Shown here: piece by piece, positions 50,062 through 61,095 of the stretch
Position numbering within the stretch: position 1 is the stretch's first letter
How the letters are laid out: each line of letters begins with the position of its first letter
NCBI RefSeq assembly: GCF_018350175.1
Contig: NC_058382.1
Span: 52,764,001-52,828,000 of the forward strand
Direction of reading: 5' to 3'
Source of the DNA: Felis catus
Taxonomy: Eukaryota
DNA: 64,000 bases
Position numbers and translations under genes: made by a program
The notes under the pieces: generated by a model
What the model was told of the DNA's origin: nothing
The model's database searches: none
Seen by the model: only the letters and a program-made list of their open reading frames with translations

Positions 50062-50292
50062 TTTATTTTTTTTTTAATTTTTTTTTTCAATGTTTACTTA
50101 TTTTTGGGACAGAGAGAGAGACAGAGCATGAACGGGCGAGGGGCAGAGAGAGAGGGAGACACAGAATCGGAAACAGGCTCCAGGCTCCGAGCCATCAGCC
50201 CAGAGCCCGACGCGGGGCTCGAACTCACGGACCGCGAGATCGTGACCTGGCTGAAGTCGGACGCTTAACCGACTGCGCCACCCAGGCGCCCC
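50062..50292 (-). mobile_element. Young SINEC_Fc inserted in the tail of an older SINE
   Basis: TSD taatttttatcttattttt at 50043-50061 and 50293-50311; CpGs retained. Confidence 0.97.
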
Positions 50293-50497
50293 TAATTTTT
50301 ATCTTATTTTTGAGAGAGAGGGAAACAGAGTGTGAGTGGTGGAGGGGCAGAGAGAGAGGGAGACACAGAATGTGAAGCAGGCTCCAGGCTCCGAGCTGTC
50401 AGCACAGAGCCTGACACGGGGCTTGAACCCACGAACCGTGAGATCATGACCTGGGCCAAAATCAGGTGCTTAACCGACTGAGCTGCCCAGGCGCCCC
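50293..50497 (-). mobile_element. Older CanSINE (its tail continues at about 50034-50042)
   Basis: Antisense body; flanking cctcttcc repeat at 50021 and 50498. Confidence 0.93.
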
Positions 50498-50704
50498 CCT
50501 CTTCCACTTTTAAGGACCTTTGTGATTACATTGGTCCTGCTGGATAATCCAGGATAATCTTCCCATTTTAAAATCAGCTGATCAGCACCATAATTCCATC
50601 TGCAATCTTAATTCCCCTTTACCTTGTAGCCTAACATATCCACAGGTTCTTGGAAGTAGGGTGTAGATATCTTTTGGGGGGGGCATTATTCTGCCTTCCG
50701 CAGT

Positions 50705-51153
50705 CATCTTGTCACCTGTCTAGGCACTGTGCAAAGCAGAGACGATACCACAGTAAATGATACCAGCAAGGCCCTTGTGCCCGCAAAGCTTATGTTCTGG
50801 TGGGGTGAAGGGCGTTGAAAAGGTCAGCAAGCAAATAGGGTAATTACAGGAAGCACAAGCGGTGTGTGTGAAATAAAAAAAGAAGGGTGCCGTGATGGAG
50901 AATAATTATGGGAAGTCGTTACATAAATAGAATAATCAGGAGAGCCTCCTGACGGACCCTAAAGCATGAAAAAGGGCCTGTCATGTGACGCGCTGGGAAA
51001 AGATGTTCTAGGAAGAAGGAACAGCAAACACAGTGGCCCTGAGGCCTTGAGAAAAATCATTCCGACTTCCTTCTATAAAATATATCGGAGAAGGTGAATG
51101 AGGGTGACTGTTAGTAGCTGTTGGAGTGATGCAGGAGAAAGACGACAAAGGCC
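50705..51153 (-). mobile_element. L2 fragment (left part of a split L2)
   Basis: ctaggcactgtgc, agcttatgttctggtgggg, atcagggagagcctc, tgggaaaagatgttctaggaagaaggaacagcaaacacagtggccctgagg. Confidence 0.75.
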
Positions 51154-51369
51154 TTGTGCGGCAGGTGGAATCATAGCACCGGAGGAGAGCCATACCCTCA
51201 TCCCCAGAATGTGCGGATGTTACTTTATACGGCAAAAGGGCATTTTTGTTTTTTTATTTTTTTTAGGTGACTTCATGTGTGATTTTATTTCATATTACAA
51301 AAATATTAACCAAGCAGCCAGTAGTCAGATGGCAAGCACTCTATAACAAATTCTGTTGAGGTTACGAGC

Positions 51370-51770
51370 GTAGGTTTTCAGAGTGTTACCGAATCTAAGA
51401 ATTGACTGCAGAGTTTGTTAAAAATGCGTATTTTCTTTTTTTTTTCTTTTTTTTTTTTAATTTTTTTTTCAACGTTTATTTATTTTTGGGACAGAGAGAG
51501 ACAGAGCATGAACGGGGGAGGGGCAGAGAGAGAGGGAGACACAGAATCGGAAGCAGGCTCCAGGCTCTGAGCCATCAGCCCAGAGCCCGACGCGGGGCTC
51601 GAACTCACGGACCGCGAGATCGTGACCTGGCTGAAGTTGGACGCTTAACTGACTGCGCCACCCAGGCGCCCCAAAAATGCGTATTTTCAAGCTAAACACC
51701 AGATTCTAATTTAGTAGGACTGAGGTGGAGTCTAGGAATCCACAAATTGTTGGCCAACTTAGTGACCCTG
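51370..51770. mobile_element. MER5-like fragment within the insert, split by a SINE
   Basis: gagtttgttaaaaatgc | ccagattctaatttagtaggactgaggtggagtctaggaatc. Confidence 0.6.
51436..51672 (-). mobile_element. Young SINEC_Fc with perfect 16-bp TSD
   Basis: TSD aaaaatgcgtattttc at 51420-51435 and 51673-51688. Confidence 0.98.
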
Positions 51771-51818
51771 GCAGGAGACAAAGAGATTACTATGGAGTTA
51801 GGCATACCCTTATTTCTT

Positions 51819-52051
51819 TTTTTTTTTTTTTTTTTTTTAATTTTTTTTCAACGTTTATTTATTTTTGGGACAGAGAGAGACAGAGCATGAACGGGGGAGG
51901 GGCAGAGAGAGAGGGAGACACAGAATCGGAAGCAGGCTCCAGGCTCTGAGCCATCAGCCCAGAGCCCAACGCGGGGCTCGAACTCCCGGACCGCGAGATC
52001 GTGACCTGGCTGAAGTCGGACGCTTAACCGACTGCGCCACCCAGGCGCCCC
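51819..52051 (-). mobile_element. Young SINEC_Fc with perfect 16-bp TSD
   Basis: TSD catacccttatttctt at 51803-51818 and 52052-52067. Confidence 0.98.
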
Positions 52052-53040
52052 CATACCCTTATTTCTTATTTGAACTGGAAAAATGGATGATGGGTATGAT
52101 AGAATGAACCTTATTAGATCATCAACGGAGAGGCAGGAACGGGCCAAGGTGTTTTAGCCTAGCTTAAGAGGCTCAGATTAGAAAAGGCCTCCAGTATCAC
52201 ACCAAAAAACCCTATGGATTTGAATCTTGAAACCAAATAAGGTTTCAGAGTAGGGGAATAATAATCTGAGTGATTTTTAAAGGAGCGTTGATTTGCTGGG
52301 ATGAGTTGTAAAGATGGAAGGCCGGTGAGGTTTAGAATGAGGTGATAAAGGTAAGCATCAAGGAGGAGGTACAGACAATAGAAAAACAAAGTTGCAAGTC
52401 ATTTTGGTAAAAATGTTGAACTTCCATTTACATACGTAAGGATAGGAAGTTAATATTAAATACATTAAAAATACTCATTAAAAACTTAATAGGAACAGCA
52501 CCAATAGCAATAACAATAATAAAAATAGTAAGAATGAAATCTTTAACAGGTCTTTCAGACGTTTACTTGCATCGTTCTTGAAACTCCACAGGAGCTCAAC
52601 AACCGTTTGTGTTGCCTTCTTTCAATGGGGCTTTGAGAGCAGAATTTTCTTTACTTTCATGAAGAAAAGCAAAAGGCATTTTTAGATGTAATGCAGTGAA
52701 GGGTTGAGATGAGGAGACGGTCTGGGAGGGCCTCACTAAAATCACAAGCGTCCTCATAATAGACACAGAGGAAGGTTTAACCACAGAATTAGCAAATGTG
52801 ATGACAGAAGCTGGCTTGAGTGATGGAGGGAGGAATCATGGGCCCAATAAGACCATAGTCTCTGTGGCCTGGAAAAGGTGAGGGGACTGATTCTGTGGGG
52901 CCCACGCCTTGACTTTAGCCCAGGAGAGCTGGTATCAGCCTCCTGGCCTCCATGCCTCCAGAACTCCAAGAGTTCTCGTGTTGTTTTAAGCTGCCACGTC
53001 TGTGACCATTTGTCAGGGCAGCCCTAGGAACCTCGCATGT

Positions 53041-53300
53041 CTCACTAAGGATGTGCTTTTGGACACAGAGGAGGAGTCCCCCTGGGGCAGAACTTGGTCC
53101 CCCTGGGGCGTGGGGAGAGCCGGGGGACAGAGGATGTGGGATGAGCCTACGGTCCCTACTTGAGTGACTGACCGGAGAATGGTGGCATTAACTGAGAGAA
53201 AGACGAGCAGAGGGAGGAGAGAGAGTTCGGTTTGGGCCGTGCTGAGACCGAGTGCACAGATGAGGCCCAGGAGACCCTGGCTGTGCGGGTCTGGAGACCC
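53041..53300 (-). mobile_element. L2 fragment (right part of the split L2)
   Basis: cactaaggatgtg, gaatggtggcattaactgaga, gagttcggtttgggccgtgctgag, gtgcgggtctggag. Confidence 0.55.
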
Positions 53301-53637
53301 AGCTTCAGGCCGAGGGCCTGGAACCTATTAGGCACTCACTGAATGAGTGAATGAATGAGTGAATGAATGAACGAATACTTGATGTGAATGTGGCAATCCT
53401 CTGTGAATGGTGGTAGCTGACACCATCAGATTGGACAAGATACTCCGAGGCTTGGTATTTCGGTTAACCTTTCTGCTTAAAAATATGTCCCTGAAACCTT
53501 GTCTTATTTAAAGGCAATTTCGTTTCGGCCTGACTCTCCTTCCATGCCCCCTGTGAGTTTTCTCCTCCGGGAGACACCATCTTTCAGCCTCCCATCCCCC
53601 AATCGATGGGATGCCACTTTTAAATACTGGCAGTTTC

Positions 53638-53765
53638 GGGGGCACCTGGGCTGCTCAGTCGGTTAAGGGTCTGACTTCAGCTCAGGTCATGATCTCCGGG
53701 TTCGTGAGTTCAAGCCCCGCGTTGGGCTCTGTGCTGCCAGCTCAGAGCCTGGAGCCTGCTTTGGA

Positions 53766-53810
<45 letters not shown>

Positions 53811-53852
53811 TGCCCCTCCCCTGCCCCTCTCTCTCTCAAAAATAAATGGACG
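53638..53852 (+). mobile_element. SINEC_Fc with an internal (TG)n expansion
   Basis: ggggcacctgggctgctcagtcggttaag head; TSD taaatactRgYagtttc at 53621-53637 and 53854-53870. Confidence 0.96.
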
Positions 53853-54159
53853 TTAAATACTAGTAGTTTCTGGGCCAGACGATGGTTAAGAGAAATCAGT
53901 GTGATCAACCTGTATGAACCTGAGGAACTAGGCAAGCCCTTCAAAATTATTAGACGCTTAAACCTAACTGCAGAGTTAACCTAAAGGGAGATGATCTTGG
54001 GGGGAAGTGTTATCAGATGAGGAAACAGACGTAGTCAACTTACTCGCCCAGGATCCCATAGCTGCTCGGCGACAAAACCAGGATGTGAATTGATAGCTCC
54101 TTCCAGGATACAGAAGCTCTTTAATATTTATTATCTTACTAATAATAGTAGAGAAAATA

Positions 54160-55041
54160 AATCAGAATAACAGCTACCCTTTATTAGTCACCTGGTACTC
54201 CAGGCTCTTTCCCAAGCACTCTGCATGCAGTTGGTGCCTCCTAACATCCCCAGGAGCTAGTTACTTTTGGTGGATTGGCTATGTGTTTCTGCACGACAAA
54301 TCACCACAAACTTAGGAGGTTAAAATGCATATACATTGTCTAATATCCCCACGGGCCCAGCCTAGCTATGTCTTCCGTTCACGGTCTCAGGAGGCTGAAA
54401 TCAAAGTGTCAGCCAGGGCTGGCGTCTTCAGAGAAGTTGTGGCTGTTGACAGAGGTCGTTCCTCTGTGATCATAGGGCTGTGGTCTCCATTTTCATGTGT
54501 GGGGGTGGGGCTGCTCTCAGCTCCTGGAGGCTCTTCTCGGGTTGTGGCTGTGTGGCCTTTTTTCCATAGATGCTTCCACAACATTTGCTCCTTCAACACC
54601 ACGAGAGATTCCGAATTTTTCTCTTCCGGGAGGGCGCTCTTTCCTTTTAAGGGGTCACCTGATTAGGTCAGGCCCACCCAGGATCATCACTGTCTTGATT
54701 GACTCAAAGTCAGCTGCTTTGGGACCTTAACAACATGTGCGACTTCTCTTCCTTGTCGGATAGGGTAATCCAGTCGTGGGAGCAAGCCTTCCTATCATAT
54801 TCCTAGATCCTGTCCACACTCCAGAAAACTGTAAGCGTGTGTATCTTAGGAAGTGGGAATCTTAGAGGCCATCTTGGAATCCTGCCAACCACAGCCTGTG
54901 AAATCCCCGTTTCACAGATGTTGCAACTGAGACTTAGATGTATTATGCAGCTTGCCCCAGGCCATGGGAAGGCAGAGCTGGGATTCAGGCCAGGGCCCAT
55001 CAAGTCAGGAGCCCATGCCTCCAGCACCAGGCTGGACTGCC
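54160..55041 (-). mobile_element. MIR split by an MLT1E LTR
   Basis: aataacagctaccctttatt..aagcactctgcatgca before the LTR; atccccgtttcacagatg..aactgagacttag..ggcagagctgggattca after it. Confidence 0.7.
54270..54893 (-). mobile_element. MLT1E-like solo LTR
   Basis: acaaatcaccacaaacttag, aggctgaaatcaaagtgtcagccagggctg, ctttccttttaaggggtcacctgattaggtcaggcccacccaggat, gggaatcttagaggccatcttggaatcctgccaaccaca. Confidence 0.88.
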
Positions 55042-55959
55042 GTCACACTCGTCCCCCGGCCTCCACCTGAAGGTGCTGACCTTGCCGCTTGCTGCCTCCA
55101 TTGAGGTGCAGGTGGCCGCACCCGTCCTCGGCATTGTCCTCCAGCCCCTCAAGCTCCCGCCTGCGTCCGGAGAGCAGAAAGGACGGAACAAGTGCCAGGG
55201 CCTTTAAGTGAAGCCATATTTGTACAGTGAGCAGCGCGTGCACAAAGAGGCAAGCTAAAAATGTCCCTGACCTTCTAAAAATGGAATGCCGTGGCCAGGT
55301 AGTGAGTCAGCTCTGCGACGCTCATGCAGTCGTCCTGATTCAGGATCAAATTCATTCCTCATTAAACGTATTTTAACTTGATTACGGACAAGCCTCATAT
55401 CACTTACGGAACCGTCGGAGCTGGCCGAGAGGGTAGGTTGTATCTGTGGCTACCTTGCTCTCCCAGACGTGCGAGGTGATGGCCTCGCCTGCTCAGAAGG
55501 CCCGCTCACTGGTGGACTCTTTGGAGCTGTTTAAGGAAAGCAGGAGCTTGATACGAGTGCCAGTGGGCTTGAATTTTGTAAGCCTGGACGTGTATCCTGC
55601 TCTTTGCAGACGAATGGGGGCTTCTGGAGTCCAGAAGACCGAGGCCCCGTGGTCCTGTGGGTGCATTGGCCTCGAAGTGCGTGTTAAAAACGGTGCCAGG
55701 AGCTGGCAAGAGTGTGATGAGCTGTAACGAAACCCGGCACCTGCCCTCCGGGGGCTTTCACTCTAGACATCAGTCAGAGCAGCCAGATATCCGGGCGAGG
55801 AAATGTCCTAAGACATCTAGGGCACAGCTCTGAGGGAGGGATGCACCTGAGGCAGCACCTCATGGAGTCGTGAGCTCGTCTGGGAAGCTTGTTGGAGAAA
55901 GAGAGGCATAAGCCGATCGGGGTCTGGCCTCCCGCCGGTTACGAGAGGAGTTCGATAAT

Positions 55960-56080
55960 TTGTGCACCTGTGACCTTGGGCAAGGCCCTGAGCCTCTGTG
56001 AACCTCAGTGTACTGTTGAGAAGTAAACGGATGGAAGAAGTAACGGGTCTTGAGCATTGCTGAGTACTAAGCAAGCTGCT
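55960..56080 (+). mobile_element. MIR fragment
   Basis: ctgtgaccttgggcaaggccctgagcctctgtgaacctcagt. Confidence 0.6.
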
Positions 56081-56984
56081 GTCCCCAAAAAGGCTCCCCC
56101 CGCTGTCCCTTCTTGTTTTTGCCCTTAACGCTCTTCCGTTTCTTCTCTACCTTACTCATGCCTACGTTAAAAAAAAAAAAAAAAAAGAAAGAAAGAAGAG
56201 AAAAAACCCACCTATAAGGCTCATGTCTGTTTATGAGTCTGGCTTCCCTATGAGGCGTTTTTGAGCTCCTGCTGTATGAAGAGATGAGAAGAACGCCCAG
56301 AAAGAGAGGGACCGTCGCATCAGGGAGCACCTTGTGCTCAGAGAGGGATGCCCGGGCATCGAGGTGCTGGGCTCTTAACTCATTGAGGCTTCTGGAAGGG
56401 TACAGTCTTCACCCAGAGACCCATGGGACTGCGTTGGTTAATGAGGGGAAGCAGGGCCTGGCCCCCAGCAGGGGTCTGGGGACAGAACAGATCTGTGAGT
56501 GAGAGCAGGGGGTGCTCTGGCCTGAACAAAGGAGGCTAAGGAGGCCACCTTGTTGGGGGCGGGGCAAAGAAGCAGACCAGTCACTGATATGAGAACGTAT
56601 GGGAAGGTGATGAGTGTCACGGAGAGAAAATGAAGTGAGGCAGGAGGAGCGGGCATTGCATTTGTTCACAGGGTGGTCGGGACAGTCTCCCACGGGGGAG
56701 GTTCTGGGGGCCGGTGGCAGCAGGTGGGCGGGGACCCAGCAGGTGCTTGGGGGGAGCCTTCACAGCAGAGGGGACATGGATGCCCAGGTCCTTCCGAGGG
56801 GGCAGGCCTACGGGGTTGGGGAGATGGCGGCAGGGCACTGAGGGAAACCCAGAAGGGTGGCAGGATCAGCTTGTTGAGGATGGTTACTTCTAACATGTAT
56901 GATCTCGTCTCTCAATAGTAAATATGTCTTCCTACATCCTCATGCATAGGATGACGCATCTTTATATAAAATATAGATGGTTGT

Positions 56985-57168
56985 GGGGCACCGGGTGGCT
57001 CAGTCTGTTTAGCGTCCAACTTCGACTCAGGTCACGATCTCGTTGCTCGTGAGTTCAAGCCACACGTCGGGCTCTGTGCTGACAGCTCAGAGCCTGGAGC
57101 CTGCTTCCGATTCTGTGTCTCCCTCTCCCTCTCAAAAATAAATAAACATTAAAAAGAAGAAAAAGAAA
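56985..57168 (+). mobile_element. SINEC_Fc-like CanSINE with shortened CT region
   Basis: ggggcaccgggtggctcagtc head, ctgacagctcagagcctggagcctgctt, aaaaataaataaacatt tail. Confidence 0.95.
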
Positions 57169-59601
57169 GTGCCCGTGGTGGCTAGTGGCCACAAGCTGAG
57201 AGATCGCTGTGATCGGTCAGTGAATAAAGGATCGAAGGCAAGGGATGTGGGAAACGAGGCAGAAGGAACAGAACATATACAAAGGGCTAGATGTTCCACG
57301 AAGCAGGAAATATGCCGGCACTTTCCCTTCCCCTGTGGCCAGCTGGCACCTGGAACAGGGCAAGCAGGCACTTGGGCGCACGGTTCTCTTTTCCTGCAAG
57401 TCACGTCCCCTCCCCACATGGCCCACGGCAGACTGGGACACTCGTTGTAAGCCTGGCTGAAGGCAAGTATGAAGAAAGTCCCCTCCGTCCAGCAGTCATT
57501 TGGCGGCTCACCTTGTTAACTGCCCATCTCCACGCTGACGCTCTTCTCCTGGCCCTGCCTTCAGGTGCGGTGCATCTGGCGACCTTTGCACCCGCTCTGA
57601 GCTCCAGCCCCAGAACGTTCCCTCGCTTCACCCTCCTGAAGCAGCAAGATGTGCACGCCTGTCCTTGTGGGGATCAGCTCCCCCTTCAGGCTCTGCTGGG
57701 GCCTGGGGAGGGGAGCTCTGATGTCCCCAGCCCCTGACACCCACCCTCACCCCCATCCCGTCCCTCCTCTCTTCTGATGCCTCTTTTATCTACCCTGGAG
57801 TTGTGTGTTTTTTCTCGCCTCTTTCTCTGTAAGCATTTCTTGAGCCAACTTCACGTTCCTCTCTGGAGTCCCTCAGAGCCCAGGCATCTGTGCCCCAAGC
57901 ATCATCTACCGGTCCCCACTGAAGACCAGGGACACGGCTTGTTCTTTTGGTTTTCACCTGGATACACCAGCCTCTGCCCACTTGCCAAGGGTTAAATCTT
58001 GCGGCGACTGGGTCCCGTCTCCCCCAGCTTGGTTTGTATCACGGGCTGCATTAATCCACCCAAGTTTACTTGGAGACCCAATCTGAACTCAGATGGGAGC
58101 TCCCGGAAGCAAAGCAATTGAAGGTTCATTTGTTACTTTTATTATCTCATTTCTTCATCTTTTTTTTTTTTTTAAATCCAAATTGCCTCCTATATGGGAG
58201 AGGCTGGGGTCCTCTTTATTCTCCTCTTGGTTCTGTCTCTGCCTCCTCCCAGGTGTTTGCAGTCACGTATTTTGCATTCGGTGCCTGGGTCCGATGCCAT
58301 GAGCCCCAAACGCCTCTTCCCCCGAGAGGAGAAGAGGACGCTCCGTAATCTGTAAGGATTTTTCCTCTCTTCCCTTTGTCAGCTGGCATGCGAGATGCTT
58401 CTCGGGCTGTAATTTAGAGACTGTCAATTTCCGAGAGCGGCTGGGGAGCAGAGACATGGGCTGCATTTGCTGGCTTCAGCTGGAATCGGGTCTGAGCTGG
58501 CATACGGCGAGGTCTCTTTCTGGGAAGGGACGGTCCTATTTAAGGAAGGCCCTGGCTTTTGTCAAGTTCAAAAGGGTTTCAACGTCTTCCCGAGGTGGTG
58601 GTCGTGGGAGGGGTTGTTATGACACATCGGTCTGGGGAACGCCGTGCCCGGGTCGTGATTTATACCAACAGATACTTTCCTGGGGAGGGTTCCGCTCCAC
58701 AGTTGGGCACTGACACGTTATTAATGCTTTCCTGTTTTCTATTGTCCCTGAATGGAAAAACACTTTGGAGCCCTTAAATTTTCTCAAGATGTCTGTGTTT
58801 TCCTGGATCGTCCCTCAATTTTCCATGGTACGGAAAATGTAAATGTTGCTACATTTGGTTCGGGGAATCTGGCGGTTGCTGCGAATCCTTTTAAGATTTG
58901 CAGCCCCACAGATGCTTTCACCTGGAGAATCCCCGACTTGGCAAAAACAACCTTCTTCCCAGCCACTGCTTTTGGAGCAACTCCCGGACTCCCGCGACTT
59001 TGCATACATTATTGATCATGCCGTACAGCGTCCCTTCAAAGGAGACGTCGCTGTCCTAATTCCAGAGCTGGGAAAAATAAAGCTCAGAAATGAAGTCACC
59101 TTCCCGTGAGGATACAGCTAGGGAGTGGGTTCCGATCCAGTTTCTCGGACTCCAAGGCTCCCGACCGCACTTTTGCATTCCTTTCTGTTTCCTGCTTTTC
59201 TTCAACGTACATCTGTCCAGTTCTCTCTTACAAGCTCTTATTTGGCACCACGTGTTTCCAACGAGCACTTGTTTAGTGAGTAACTGTGGTTGCACCTAGG
59301 AAGAAGCTGCGATGCCCTACAATAGCCAGCAGAAGGATAGATGTACCAAATTCACCTTTGAGCGATCAAAGACGGAGAGGGAGAGATCTGATGACCCAAG
59401 TGAGACTCGCAAGGAGCTTCTTCTGACAGCTACTGTCATCCGGGACCTTTGTCCCCCAAATGTTGGTGTGTAAGAGGTCATTGGATGCTTGTGTCCACTT
59501 GTCTATGGCTTGCCGTTGGATTGTCACAGTATGGAGAGCTTCCTCTGTGTTTCTATTGTATTCTGAGTACAGACGTGGGCCCTGGAGTTAAAACAGGGAG
59601 T

Positions 59602-59790
59602 GAGGCCCCTGGGTGGGTCAGTCGGTTGAGCGTCTGACTCTCGCTCAGGTCACGATCCCAGGGTTGTGGGATCGAGTCCCGCGTCAGGCTCTGTGCTGAG
59701 AGTGGACCCTGCTTGCGATTCTCTCTTTCTCTTCTCCTCCCCTTTGCTTACTCTCTCTCTCTCTCTAAAATAAAAATTAAAAACAAAATA
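59602..59790 (+). mobile_element. Older CanSINE
   Basis: cctgggtgggtcagtcggttgagcgtctgactc, gggatcgagtcccgcgtcaggctc, (CT)n, A-rich tail. Confidence 0.92.
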
Positions 59791-59839
59791 GAGAATGAAT
59801 CACGTAAGGTGCCTGACTTCATGGGCCTTACAGCTAAGG

Positions 59840-60030
59840 GAGAGAAGCAAAACTCTGGAGTCAGATCAACTTTGGCTGCAAAATTCCAACTTTATCATTT
59901 TTCCAGCTCTGTGATCTTCAGCGACTTAGCTGCTTTTCCACAAACTTCTGCCTCCTTTCAAGCGGCCTTACAGATTTGAGAGTTAACTGGAGCGTCTGCC
60001 GCATAAAATAGGTCCTCGGTAAACATTAAA
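59840..60030 (+). mobile_element. MIR fragment
   Basis: actctggagtcaga..aaattccaact..agctctgtgatctt. Confidence 0.55.
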
Positions 60031-61095
60031 GTCTTTATTTCTTTTTCCTTTCAACGAGCAGTTGCTTTTCCAAGAGGAACACCACAGCAGATGGCTTGGG
60101 AAGATGCCTCCGGGAAAAAGCCTGGCTCAGCTCAGGGGCTGCTGGTCGGGTTGGGCTCTGTCATCTGCATCAAGAGCTGGAAACACAGCACACACCTAGA
60201 TTTTTCTTTCTTCTAAGCTGTCTTCTTAATCTTCTGATTAAGCTAACAGTTACCTCCAGCAGGCCCTGAATGGGTGAGAGAGAAAGGTTCCGCTGGCAGA
60301 GACTGAGGGTTTCTAGAACACCTCCTACTGCAGGGGGGTGTCATGAAATATCATTAGCGATTCTCTCCTCCATTTTGCTTCACGCTGATGCTCCCCACCG
60401 CAGGGACGAATGGAGGCGCTGTGAGGGTTGGGGGGGGGGCTCACTCCCCCACCGAACCCTCTTCTCATCTCAAGGTCACTCTCTGTCCCGTGAGGAAGAG
60501 CTCCCCCTTTCTGAACGTTCCCTCTTCCCAAGTCCCCAGGCCTCCCTTCGCCCAAGGTGGTCTGACTTCTTGCTTCTTAAAGAAGAGTCAGGTCATATGA
60601 CCTGGACTTGAGCGAAGTCCCCCGTCCCCATCTTTGTGTCTTTCTCATCCTCTCATTATTTCGTCTGTTCCAAAATTGCCGCCTCCTCCTCTGAGCCTGA
60701 TTTAGTTCATTCTCTCTCCTGATGTTTGAGCTTCCCATCATCTGCCCTGCCCACCCCTATCCCAAGGAGTCTCTGGTCAACCCCATGTGCCTTCTGGAGC
60801 AGTGGGCCTATCACCTTCCTTTCGAGATTTGGAGTGACCAAAGCAGCTACCCTCAGCACCTTGAAAATGGATATGGCAGGTTGTATATTTCTTCTAAAGT
60901 GGCACTTTGTCTCAGAAGCATGGAGTTTGGGTCCCCTGATGGGTACTTCTCCCAAAGCTTACTTAGAAAAAATACCGTAGACACGGGCATCCACCATAGG
61001 CTGGGTAGGTCATTTGCTTCTATGTTATGTAGCTATGTTAGTTTTTCATCCATACATCCCCCGCCTTAGCCCACAAAAACTGGAGGTGACTAGAG

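Larger units (their letters stand above)
49716..50702 (-). mobile_element. MLT1D solo LTR split by two nested SINEs
   Basis: ttagctttctattgctgctgtaacaaatta, tccatcttcaag; after the SINEs: cttttaaggacctttgtgattacattgg..ggataatccaggataatct..cattattctgcct. Confidence 0.92.
51248..52668 (-). pseudogene. Retroposed non-TE transcript fragment (5'-truncated retrocopy or orphan 3' transduction); parent unknown
   Basis: TSD gcaaaagg(g)cattttt at 51232-51247 and 52669-52683; poly(T) 51249-51264; tttatt (AATAAA on minus) 51284-51289; TTTT/AG nick site. Confidence 0.75.
51154..53040 (+). mobile_element. MLT1C/D-like solo LTR split by a 1.4-kb retroposed insert
   Basis: Left arm ccctcatccccagaatgtgcggatgttactttatacggcaaaagggca joins right arm ttttagatgtaat..ttgagatgaggaga..gcctccagaact..gtgttgttttaagc..gcagccctaggaa, giving a continuous LTR once the insert is removed. 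Confidence 0.85.

Noticed and set aside
51402..52147. Near-identical repeated peptides (GQRETEHERGRGRERGRHRIG...) suggesting a gene family or tandem duplication
   Set aside because: They are SINE translations, and the two SINEs have different TSDs.
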